From contig CAZWVL010000003.1 of the NCBI GenBank assembly GCA_964637115.1, positions 1 to 64,000 of the forward strand: a stretch of DNA of 64,000 nucleotides, given 5' to 3'. Position numbers and translations under genes: made by a program. How positions within the stretch are numbered: the stretch's first letter is position 1; each line of letters begins with the position of its first letter. The notes under the pieces are model-generated. The model did not search any database, was not told where the DNA came from, and saw nothing but the letters and a program-made list of their open reading frames with translations. Positions 16,973 to 25,629 of this stretch are shown here, in pieces. The DNA comes from an uncultured Methanosarcinales archaeon (lineage in GTDB: Archaea; Nanobdellota; Nanobdellia; Woesearchaeales; ARS49).

Positions 16973-18589
16973 ATGACAGATCTAAGCGAGAGTGCAAAGT
17001 TAGTTGCCTGCGGATTTGTAAAAAAAGGTGTTGACGATAAAAAGGTAGAAATCAAAGGCAAAACAATTAAAATCGATGGAAAAATAGCAAAAGACAAGTT
17101 TAATTCTATCCAAAAAGAGTTTAAAACTCTTAATGATGACGAGAAAAAAGAACTTAACAAAGCACTACGGGAAATGGCAGAACATGAATATGTTGAAGTG
17201 GCCAGAGACCAAATGGTCATGACTGACTACCCTAAAAGCATAAGCAGATACTACATGGGTGTGGAAAGCTGGCACCAAAGCATTGAGAATTATTATTATT
17301 GGTGTATGAACTTCTTAGGAGACATAGGCTTTCCAGTAATCCACAAGATAACTGATATCTTTACGGCAGCAGAACACAGCAGCTTCTACGGCGCAGCAGG
17401 ACAACGTCTAGGATTAGCACAAGACAAAGTCTCACAATATCTTGCTACAATAGGAAAAATGGTCAAAGACCTGTTCCAATTGGTAAGAGAACTTCGATGG
17501 ATTGATGAAAGACTGGAGATTTACAGGGCGGCATTGGCAGTAGACAAAGATGGCAAAAAAATAGAAGGCAAAATGCCAGAAAGAGGCGCAGAACAAGCGC
17601 TTAAAGGAATGTGGGTGGACCTGGTAGACGGCGTGGTTGGCGGGCAAAGAACAGGAAGCAATTTGTTTGTCATGGCGCAACAACTGCAATTTACTGCATT
17701 GCCTGACTTATTTTTCTCCATACACCCTCAAAAAATAGATGAAGTAGACAAAACAGTGGAAAAGGAAGCAGAGAAGTTCAATGAGCCTTTGCGCAACTTA
17801 TTGAAAAGAAAACTATCGCAATACGTCGCGTGGAAGAAGTCGACCTTTGATGAAATGAAAAACAGAAGACTCTTCACTCTAAGATATCTCAAACAGCACT
17901 ATGATGTTATAAGAATGTACATTCAATGGGCGAAGCCGTACATCAAGCATATTGAAAGGTTGTCTGGAGAGCAGAATTTACTTGACAATCCACGCTTGAT
18001 TGCCGCATTTGAAAGCAGTCTTGTCGAAATAGAAGTGCTGGCCATAAACAGACCAGAAGGCTCAAAAGAATCATATGCCTGCATACTAATGACGTTTGAA
18101 TACCACACCAAACCAAGCATGCAGTATCCAGGAGATGCAGGCTACCATCGGGGTCCTATTCATGTTGGTTCTACCAGAATAACGTGGAGAAGCTATGCGT
18201 GGAGTGAAGAGCAGGTAAAAGAGTATCTTGAAATGCGCCGCTGGCAGGATTTAGAAACATTGACCTCTATTGACGGATCGCTCAGGGCAGCAATGGACGC
18301 ATTAGGAAGTGACTTACTCAACTACATTGACGAAGCAGAAAAAACACACAAAGAAGAGAAAAAAGAAGAGCCGCAAAAAAAGCAGCCAATCAATGTCTTA
18401 GAGCCATTCACGGCAGTAGGCAAAGGAGTCAGGGAAGCTTTTGGAGGACTCATTCCTGACTTTGGAAAGATTACTTTTGGCAAAGGCGGAAAGCCGGAAA
18501 AAGAAGCGCCAAATGAAACAGCCGCCCGAAAAGCGTGTTGGCTGCATTATAACATTTTCAAGAAAGCACACGGTTTGTTGGCGTGGTAG
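16973..18589 (+). CDS. Hypothetical protein (538 aa, largely helical)
   Basis: Long ORF with host-like A-rich codon usage; no recognised motif. Confidence 0.8.
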   Translation: MTDLSESAKLVACGFVKKGVDDKKVEIKGKTIKIDGKIAKDKFNSIQKEFKTLNDDEKKELNKALREMAEHEYVEVARDQMVMTDYPKSISRYYMGVESWHQSIENYYYWCMNFLGDIGFPVIHKITDIFTAAEHSSFYGAAGQRLGLAQDKVSQYLATIGKMVKDLFQLVRELRWIDERLEIYRAALAVDKDGKKIEGKMPERGAEQALKGMWVDLVDGVVGGQRTGSNLFVMAQQLQFTALPDLFFSIHPQKIDEVDKTVEKEAEKFNEPLRNLLKRKLSQYVAWKKSTFDEMKNRRLFTLRYLKQHYDVIRMYIQWAKPYIKHIERLSGEQNLLDNPRLIAAFESSLVEIEVLAINRPEGSKESYACILMTFEYHTKPSMQYPGDAGYHRGPIHVGSTRITWRSYAWSEEQVKEYLEMRRWQDLETLTSIDGSLRAAMDALGSDLLNYIDEAEKTHKEEKKEEPQKKQPINVLEPFTAVGKGVREAFGGLIPDFGKITFGKGGKPEKEAPNETAARKACWLHYNIFKKAHGLLAW

Positions 18590-18606
18590 TATTTCTTTAG
18601 TTTTTT

Positions 18607-18696
18607 GTTCGTCGCGGTCGAGGACAATTTTTTCTCCCCTTGCTAGTACAGGGGAGAAAAAATTACATGAGCAGAGCTCAGGCGTGGCGGCATAAC
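18607..18696 (+). ncRNA. Structured intergenic element, copy 2
   Basis: Outer stem CGTCGCG/CGTGGCG with two G-U pairs, GTC-GAG-GAC, perfect 15-bp stem 18626-18640/18650-18664, hairpin TGAGC-AGA-GCTCA. Confidence 0.6.
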
Positions 18697-18727
18697 AATT
18701 ATAAAGCATTATTCTATCAACAAACAT

Positions 18728-19312
18728 ATGGGAACGGACTTTTCACCCTTCAAAGACATGACGCCACAAAGGCGCCTGAAAGAACTTCAAAAGCTACTTG
18801 ATACTTTAAAGAAAGAAATAGAAGACAGACAAGACGACATCAAAGCAGCAGCGCAAATGCTTTCATTAGCTGATGAGGAAGCACGACTTCTAGAACAAAT
18901 AGAAGTGCCGGAAACGCGAGCAATGCCGCGCAAGGCAAAAGAAATAGAAGAAAGAGTGGAAGTCAAGGAAGAAAAAAAAGGAAGAGTAACACGGGAAGAA
19001 CAATTAGAACTTGAAAAATTACTTGCAACAGCGCCGCCCAGAAGTCCGCAAGTATTGCATGAATTTGCACACCGAGAAGTCAGAGAACTTTACGGCGAAA
19101 CGAAAAGAATCTACGAAAGACAAAAAGAAACAGGCATTGAAACGCAGCAAGACAGAGAAATGATTTACGCCATCAGAAAAGGGCTGGAAATCAAAAAAGA
19201 AGAGGGATACAAACCAGCCGGAACAGCAAGACATTTGATGACGGCAGCAGAACAAATGGCGGAAAGTATGTACCAAACAGGCGCGGGAACGTACAAGAGA
19301 GCGCCGGGATGA
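18728..19312 (+). CDS. Hypothetical charged coiled-coil protein
   Basis: E/K-rich heptads; TATA-like ATTATAAAG ~25 bp upstream. Confidence 0.75.
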   Translation: MGTDFSPFKDMTPQRRLKELQKLLDTLKKEIEDRQDDIKAAAQMLSLADEEARLLEQIEVPETRAMPRKAKEIEERVEVKEEKKGRVTREEQLELEKLLATAPPRSPQVLHEFAHREVRELYGETKRIYERQKETGIETQQDREMIYAIRKGLEIKKEEGYKPAGTARHLMTAAEQMAESMYQTGAGTYKRAPG

Positions 19313-19398
19313 TTCTTGATTTAAAGCTTTGAACTAATATTTGAATAAACTACACGAAAAGGTGACTCTTGTTGAAGGTTCAAAACATTTATGTTTGA

Positions 19399-19614
19399 TT
19401 AGCTCTTTTGTTCTAATGTGGTGATACGATCATCACACTCTGATATTATTCTAGTTAAGATAGACATATAGTCTGCCAAAAGTTCCACGTTTTTAACAAG
19501 TGTACCAAGCTCTGCATTAGTTAATTTTCTTTCATAATCCTGCATCTTTCTAAGCGCGGCTATACTACTACTAAGGGCCTGTTCAATATCGCTAAGAGTC
19601 GTTTTGTTTACCAT
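19399..19614 (-). CDS. Small coiled-coil hypothetical protein
   Basis: 71-aa helical ORF with ATG start. Confidence 0.55.
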   Translation of the reverse strand: MVNKTTLSDIEQALSSSIAALRKMQDYERKLTNAELGTLVKNVELLADYMSILTRIISECDDRITTLEQKS

Positions 19615-19779
19615 CTAAAAAATCAGAACCACTCATATGTATAAATAACTTGTGGGATCTTCAGGTTTCCTAAAAACAACGGCTGGCAAACCCTAAGACT
19701 TCTTCTACTTTCTTGTTCGGTTCTGATGGACAAAATACACATAAACCTTTAAATAGTCCAGTAGCCAAAAAAGTATACT

Positions 19780-21828
19780 ATGGCCGAGTTCAGAATGGCG
19801 TATTACGGGCCGATGGACAGAGAATACCATCAGGCAATCTCAGAAGCACCTGCAGATACAGGGCCAAGCTTGGAAGCACCCATTGCGCCGATAAATGAAC
19901 TGGGAGAAACAGTTCCAGAACACGATCCATCAGGCAGATTCAAAAATATTATTCAAACAACACAGGCAGCCATCAGGGGAGGAGCAGGAACGCTGCAACT
20001 AGTTCTTATGACGCCGCATGAAAGCGCAATCGGCGGAAGACCAAAAGCATACGGCAAGGAAGTCAGAGAAACATTAAAAGAAGTTGCATTAGCAAGCAAA
20101 GTCAACATTGCAGGTGTGGAACTTCCAACCTCGCTCAACAACCTCGCAGGATTTGATTATCAAAATCAGGTTTTCTCAGATGAAAGAAGAAAACAAAGCT
20201 TGGATGAAGTCAGAGATGCAATAAAATTTGCAGCAGACGTCGGCAGAGGCGGCGGAGTAGACATTGTTTCCTGGGAGTTTCCAAGAGGAGTAAATGAAGC
20301 GGACTGGAACGCTCCAAAAGTACCTGGCAAAGAAGAAACAAAACCATTCAAACAAGAAGGAGAGGAGAGAAAAGGCTGGCTGGTAGACGACAGAACCGGC
20401 AGAACCATGCAAATCAGAAAAGACGAAGTACAGCATATTCCATATGATGTAGAAACTTTCAATCCATTGAGGCCAACCAAAGAAGAACTCGCAAAACTGG
20501 AAAGAGGAGAGATAAAAGAACTGCCACTCAGCGAGTTCAAATGGGAAGATTTCAAACGCTGGGCTGAGCACTCCAATGAGCAGATAAAAAAAGGAATTGA
20601 TCCAGAAACCAACAAGCCGTGGGGCATAGATCCAGAAACTGGCCAAGAATGGGCGGCAGACAGAGAAACAGTACAAGCAGAAAGAGAGCGCGCAAAGGAA
20701 ATTTATGATCAAAGAATCAAGGAAGGAAGGCTAATAACGGCTGATGAAAAGTACATTGAAGTCCAGCTCCAAGGACAGATCAATTCACTCGTCGGCTGGA
20801 GAACACACTATGCAAAACGCGCACAAGACGCACGCGAAGCAATGGATGCAGCTGAGCAAGAGGTGCGCGAAGCTGAAAGCGACGAGGCCCGAAGGGCGGC
20901 AGATCTCGATTTCAAAAGAGCGAAACATGAATATGAAGATTCCCTCCACACGTCACACGGACAACAACAGCAGATAGACGAGCTCAAAGAACGCTTCAGG
21001 CATATCAAACCAATCAAAGATTATGCATTAAAAAGAAGCGCGAGAACGTATGCAGAAGCAGGTGTAGAGGCAATGCGCACAGAGTTACAAGGAAGAGAAA
21101 AAGGAACAGTAGAAAGGCCGGTGCACGTTGGTCCAGAAATCGGATGGCCAGGATTCTACGGCAGCCACCCGGATGAATTCATAGAGCTTGTACAAAAATC
21201 ACGAAAAGAAATGGTAGAACTCCTTACAAAACCAATGATCAAGGATGTTAAAGGCGTGGATATGCAAAACCCATACTGTGATCCGACTATTGGCAAACAC
21301 AAAGCACAAGAACTTGCAGACAAGCATATCAAAGGATTGTTTGATACGAGCCATATGGGAATGTGGCTCGCACACTTTGAAGCGAAACCTGGTGAGACTG
21401 AAGAAAAGCGCATAGAACGCTTCAAAAAAGACTTCTACCTGCCAGCAGTCGAGAAAATAATTAAAGCAGGAGTAGTTGGAGGAATACAGCTGGTAGACAG
21501 CATGTCAGCAGCACATGGACATTTGCCTCCAGGAGAAGGCATCTTCCCGGTAATGGAAACTGCCAAGCTCTTCAAAGAAAGCGGCTTTACAGGCTTCATG
21601 GTCTCAGAAGGCCACGAAGAAGAAAAGTTCGGGGAAGGAAGAATCAGGACAAAGATGTGGCAGCATGCAGGAGCGAACGTAGGAGCAGGATACTTCTCAG
21701 GACCGCCGTTACGCTGGGGACAAGTACAACACGGTTATTTCGGCAAAACGTACTCGCCAATGTTCATGTTTGGAGGATACTCGCCAAGCAACGAGTTTAA
21801 GTTATGGAGTGAAGTTCCGTTAGAGTAA
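19780..21828 (+). CDS. Xylose-isomerase/AP-endonuclease-2-like TIM-barrel metalloprotein with large helical insertion
   Basis: Metal-ligand-style motifs GPEIGW, FDTSH, QLVD, HLPPGEG, VSEG; ~150-aa charged insertion. Confidence 0.7.
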   Translation: MAEFRMAYYGPMDREYHQAISEAPADTGPSLEAPIAPINELGETVPEHDPSGRFKNIIQTTQAAIRGGAGTLQLVLMTPHESAIGGRPKAYGKEVRETLKEVALASKVNIAGVELPTSLNNLAGFDYQNQVFSDERRKQSLDEVRDAIKFAADVGRGGGVDIVSWEFPRGVNEADWNAPKVPGKEETKPFKQEGEERKGWLVDDRTGRTMQIRKDEVQHIPYDVETFNPLRPTKEELAKLERGEIKELPLSEFKWEDFKRWAEHSNEQIKKGIDPETNKPWGIDPETGQEWAADRETVQAERERAKEIYDQRIKEGRLITADEKYIEVQLQGQINSLVGWRTHYAKRAQDAREAMDAAEQEVREAESDEARRAADLDFKRAKHEYEDSLHTSHGQQQQIDELKERFRHIKPIKDYALKRSARTYAEAGVEAMRTELQGREKGTVERPVHVGPEIGWPGFYGSHPDEFIELVQKSRKEMVELLTKPMIKDVKGVDMQNPYCDPTIGKHKAQELADKHIKGLFDTSHMGMWLAHFEAKPGETEEKRIERFKKDFYLPAVEKIIKAGVVGGIQLVDSMSAAHGHLPPGEGIFPVMETAKLFKESGFTGFMVSEGHEEEKFGEGRIRTKMWQHAGANVGAGYFSGPPLRWGQVQHGYFGKTYSPMFMFGGYSPSNEFKLWSEVPLE

Positions 21829-21896
21829 CTTAGAATTAGGCTCCGCAATCATATCAGAAGGGCTTTAACCGCCAGCCCCTCTTGAACTCCCCGCGG

Positions 21897-22247
21897 TCAA
21901 TAATTCGTTCTCTTCTTCCACCATTTGTCATCAGAAGGCAAGCTTTTGCCATATTTCTCAAAAATATCAACCAAAATAATCTGCTCGTTATCCTCATAAA
22001 CCATTGGTTTTAATTCGTGCTTAAGCTCAGTGCCAAGAATTATTTCCTGATGTTCTGGCTGATTGTATTCACCAGAAGCATTAGAAGGTTCGTCAACATA
22101 CGCCTGGTCCGGCTGGATGGAATGCAATTCATCAATCTGCTCTTCCACCAATTCCTCTAATGCAGGCTGCGAAATCTGCTCTTCAGGTCCAGGAGGTGGC
22201 TCGTCCAGCTCTTGCTTCTCTGTTGTTTCAGAAATAAACTCAACCAC
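21897..22247 (-). CDS. Acidic hypothetical protein
   Basis: E/P/Q-rich ORF ending KWWKKRTNY. Confidence 0.55.
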   Translation of the reverse strand: MVEFISETTEKQELDEPPPGPEEQISQPALEELVEEQIDELHSIQPDQAYVDEPSNASGEYNQPEHQEIILGTELKHELKPMVYEDNEQIILVDIFEKYGKSLPSDDKWWKKRTNY

Positions 22248-22260
22248 TTTTTTTCTTCAC

Positions 22261-22959
22261 TCAGTTAAATATTATTTTTCCTTCGTACATCAATTTCCAC
22301 ATGACTGGGGAAAGTATCTTGATAGAGTCCTTTAAGTATTTAATATTTGTGTCGATCAGCGCTTCAACAAAAGGATGATTGGTTTCAGATCCCTGCTTGA
22401 TACTTGCTACCATTTCCTGCGCTTCCTGCAAAAATTCGTGCTGGTAATCTGTCGTGCTTGTTATCGTGGCGCCTGTTTGGCTATTTTCTCCCTGCACCAT
22501 GTCGTAATATTTGCCTGCGTCATAGGATGAACTGCTGTAACCGGGCAGGTCAATTGAGTAAGAGGTGCTTTCAAAACTTTCAGGGTCCATCTGCTGTTCA
22601 ATAACCGGAGAAACAGTTTCAATGGCTTCTGCGTCCAACTTTTCAGTCAATTCAGACTCTTTTGCTGCGCTCAAGGCTGCTTCAAGCTCGTTGATGACCA
22701 GCTCTAGGTTACTTTCATTATATTTTCCCATTAATTTCCGCCGCGGTCTCTTCGAGACTCGATTTATCTCCCCTTCGCATGCGAGGGGAGATACAATCGA
22801 CCTTGGCTCTTGCCAAGGCGCGGCGTCATCGATGTCTATTTCTAGCAAATTCGCATCACTCAGAATCATTTCAAGAATTACAGACAGGAACTGCTTATTA
22901 AGATTTTCGGAAACACCGACTGATGACGAAACACAAGCTGCAGAATTAATTGTTTTCAT
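22261..22959 (-). CDS. Acidic hypothetical protein
   Basis: Start trimmed to ATG 22959 to avoid overlap with the divergent gene; the true start is uncertain. Confidence 0.55.
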   Translation of the reverse strand: MKTINSAACVSSSVGVSENLNKQFLSVILEMILSDANLLEIDIDDAAPWQEPRSIVSPLACEGEINRVSKRPRRKLMGKYNESNLELVINELEAALSAAKESELTEKLDAEAIETVSPVIEQQMDPESFESTSYSIDLPGYSSSSYDAGKYYDMVQGENSQTGATITSTTDYQHEFLQEAQEMVASIKQGSETNHPFVEALIDTNIKYLKDSIKILSPVMWKLMYEGKIIFN

Positions 22960-23008
22960 TGACAAGGAGTTGCGAATCTTTAAAATCGTACAGGGTGAAT
23001 AATCTCCC

Positions 23009-23818
23009 ATGCAGTTCAAAGTACACACTAAAACGCATCCCAATGTGCCAAAGTACGCCAGCACTGATTATGATTTTGCCAAAAAGTTTTCAGAACAGCT
23101 GCACAAGGAGCTTGGAGACTTTGTCAAGGCAATGGTATTATTTGGAAGCACGGCAAGAGAAGAGAAGCCGCTCTATGGAGAAAGGGACATTGACGTTCTT
23201 ATAATAATAAACGATTTGACTTTAATTTTAAGCAATGAAGTAATCGAGGCGTACAGAGTCATTGTGGAGAACACTGCGGCGAAGATAAGCAAACGATTGC
23301 ACATAACAACACTGAAAATGACCAGTTTCTGGGAATACGTAAGAATAGGAGACCCCATTGCGATAAATATGCTAAGAGACGGTGTCCCGCTTTATGATGC
23401 AGGATTCTTTGAGCCAGTGCAGCAATTATTGTTCCAAGGAAGAATAAGACCAACCAAAGAAGCAATTTGGACATACTTTGCACGCTCGCCAGCAACAATA
23501 CACAATGCAGACTGGCACGTTTTACAGGCGACTTTGGATTTGTATTGGGCAGTGTGCGACTGTGCACACGCTGCACTGATGAAAATGGGAGAAGTGCCCC
23601 CAACACCAAGCCACCTTGCAGAATTAATACATAAAAGACTGGTAAAGCCAGGACACGTGTCACAGAAATACGCAGACATGATGGACACGTTCTTCAAACT
23701 CCAAAAGAAAATAATTCACAGAGAAATACAGGAACTTACTGGAAAACAATTTGACGAATACAAAAGGCAGGCGCAGGACTTTGTACACGTAATGCAGAAA
23801 GTCGTAGAACAGAAATAA
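23009..23818 (+). CDS. Fused minimal nucleotidyltransferase (MNT) + HEPN-like protein
   Basis: LFGSTAR...DIDVL (Pol-beta superfamily GS-x-DxD); C-terminal LYWAV...AHAALM...P..P HEPN-type helices. Confidence 0.8.
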   Translation: MQFKVHTKTHPNVPKYASTDYDFAKKFSEQLHKELGDFVKAMVLFGSTAREEKPLYGERDIDVLIIINDLTLILSNEVIEAYRVIVENTAAKISKRLHITTLKMTSFWEYVRIGDPIAINMLRDGVPLYDAGFFEPVQQLLFQGRIRPTKEAIWTYFARSPATIHNADWHVLQATLDLYWAVCDCAHAALMKMGEVPPTPSHLAELIHKRLVKPGHVSQKYADMMDTFFKLQKKIIHREIQELTGKQFDEYKRQAQDFVHVMQKVVEQK

Positions 23819-24442
23819 TCAGAATTCTCTCAAGACGTCAGTCAAGTTATTAACTTTGTAATGAGCATCACATTCTCTGTGCTTTCTGCCAGGATGCACG
23901 TAGTGGTAATTAACTGTGCCAAGCATATCGTGAGGAGAATCGCCAATGGCAACGATGGAGTTGTACACCTGACCGTTCATGAAGTCTCTCAATGCTTGCT
24001 GTTTTGACTTGTTTTCATCAAGCGTTGCTATCGCGTGCTTGTCAGGGAAGAATCGGGTGAGGCCGACTGCCTTAAGGAAAAGCTCCAAAGTATTCTGATG
24101 CACTTGTGAAACAACAATCTGCGTATGCCTGAGAGCAAGAGTTTCAAGAACTTCAAGGGCATTGCGATTAGGTTTAATGTACTTGAGCATGACTTCAGGA
24201 TGTGCATTAAACTCGGCAACGCATTCGGCTTCTAACAACCGATATGTGGCTGATGGAAGTCCTGGCATCAGATGTGCAAAATATTCCCACCAATGTTTTC
24301 CTGTGTAAGCAGCTGCTTCCTGTTCTGTCAGACTGCTCTTATGGCCATGCCGCGCCAGAATTTTATTAGTAATTTCAATTACAGTACCATCATTTCCTTC
24401 TTCCAACACTCCATGAAAATCCCACACGAAAAGTTTCCCCAT
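23819..24442 (-). CDS. HAD-superfamily hydrolase, atypical motif I
   Basis: WDFHGVL (DxH instead of DxD), K, GDSPHD. Confidence 0.75.
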   Translation of the reverse strand: MGKLFVWDFHGVLEEGNDGTVIEITNKILARHGHKSSLTEQEAAAYTGKHWWEYFAHLMPGLPSATYRLLEAECVAEFNAHPEVMLKYIKPNRNALEVLETLALRHTQIVVSQVHQNTLELFLKAVGLTRFFPDKHAIATLDENKSKQQALRDFMNGQVYNSIVAIGDSPHDMLGTVNYHYVHPGRKHRECDAHYKVNNLTDVLREF

Positions 24443-24558
24443 GGTAATGCGGCGGACAGTACGGGTTTATTTTCTTTACTCTACTAAAGTTATATATTTT
24501 ATATAAAAACAGAAAGACTTAAATACCTACACGTCATTAATTGGCTTGTTGAGGCGTT

Positions 24559-24684
24559 ATGGAAACTAAAATGTTAAAGATGGTGCAGGACCCATGCTTT
24601 GGGAAAAAGTACGAAACTCACGTACAGTGTCCAAACTGCTGGATTAAGAAATCCTGCCTGATTTCTTTCAGGAACCGGAAATAA
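24559..24684 (+). CDS. Small Cys-rich protein (41 aa), not in ORF track
   Basis: Hand translation METKMLKMVQDPCFGKKYETHVQCPNCWIKKSCLISFRNRK*; GAGG SD at 24551-24554. Confidence 0.6.
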   Translation: METKMLKMVQDPCFGKKYETHVQCPNCWIKKSCLISFRNRK

Positions 24685-25501
24685 TTACTCTCAAAGTTGA
24701 CGTATAACTTCCCGGAATAGTGTTTGCAGGGATTCTCAAACTGATTGTTGATTTGTGTTCTGTTGATGGCAGAACAGTAAATTCTGTTTCATCTATCGTT
24801 ATGGCGCTTTTAGGAATGGTGTAATTCTTGTAATGGAGGTCATTGAAGACAAGCTTGATGCTAACAGCAGCTGCGCCGTTGTTTTTAATTGAGAGAATGC
24901 CTTCAGGCGCCAAATTGAGCGATTTTGAGACTTCAATGGAAGGAAGGGAGACGGTCACATTGGCAGTAACGGGCACAGGAATGCCATCCTGAAAGTCAGG
25001 AACAGTTTCTATGAAGTCCTGGATGTTGTCATCAGTATCCTTAGTTCTCAACAACGCCTTGCCAGAAGCAACCATGACTGCAGGAGAGCCTTCGAATAAA
25101 GAGATGTCAATTGCTTCTTTGTCGCCCCAGCCGACTGCGTCTACGACGGTTGTGTTTGATATTAAAGCGATACCACTGTCAGTATTGCCTAAAGTAAGCT
25201 TTTCCTCATAATCAGCAGACTTCCAGCTGGAATCATCTTTATTCGCACTCCAGCCCTCATCAGCAATGAGAAAAGTCGTGCCAGGCTGTAAGATTGTATT
25301 TGCAGGAAATGTTGCGTCAGCGGCAGAACTTTCAGTTTTCAGCACCCAGCCAGAAACGTCAACAGCGGAGGAGCCGTCGTTCTTGAGTTCAACAGCTTCC
25401 CCGCCGCTTTCTGTACCAACGGGGTCATAAAGAACCTGGTTAATAACAATACTTGCACTTGCGAGCTGTGCATACAATATCAGCCAAATTATCCATTTCA
25501 T
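24668..25501 (-). CDS. Secreted lamin-tail-domain (LTD) protein
   Basis: Signal peptide; IVINQVLYDP.G.E...EAVELKN......D.SGW.L; LGNTDSGIAL...VDAV.WG. Confidence 0.8.
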   Translation of the reverse strand: MKWIIWLILYAQLASASIVINQVLYDPVGTESGGEAVELKNDGSSAVDVSGWVLKTESSAADATFPANTILQPGTTFLIADEGWSANKDDSSWKSADYEEKLTLGNTDSGIALISNTTVVDAVGWGDKEAIDISLFEGSPAVMVASGKALLRTKDTDDNIQDFIETVPDFQDGIPVPVTANVTVSLPSIEVSKSLNLAPEGILSIKNNGAAAVSIKLVFNDLHYKNYTIPKSAITIDETEFTVLPSTEHKSTISLRIPANTIPGSYTSTLRVIISGS

Positions 25502-25629
25502 GTTGATCACCGCTTTCTATAGAAACAGAACTAGTTAAAGAGTTTATCGACGACAAAATTGGAAAGATTACGAGAAGAGTTGGAAGAATTACGAAAAATT
25601 AGAAAAAATCCGGAAAAAAGAAAAAATAA

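Noticed and set aside
19622-19727. 9-bp inverted repeat ATCAGAACC/GGTTCTGAT bracketing ~90 bp (MITE-like)
   Set aside because: Single occurrence, no target-site duplication, length compatible with chance
21856-21882. GC-rich imperfect hairpin between convergent genes (possible sRNA)
   Set aside because: No complete C/D, H/ACA, SRP or RNase P motifs; most simply a terminator-region hairpin
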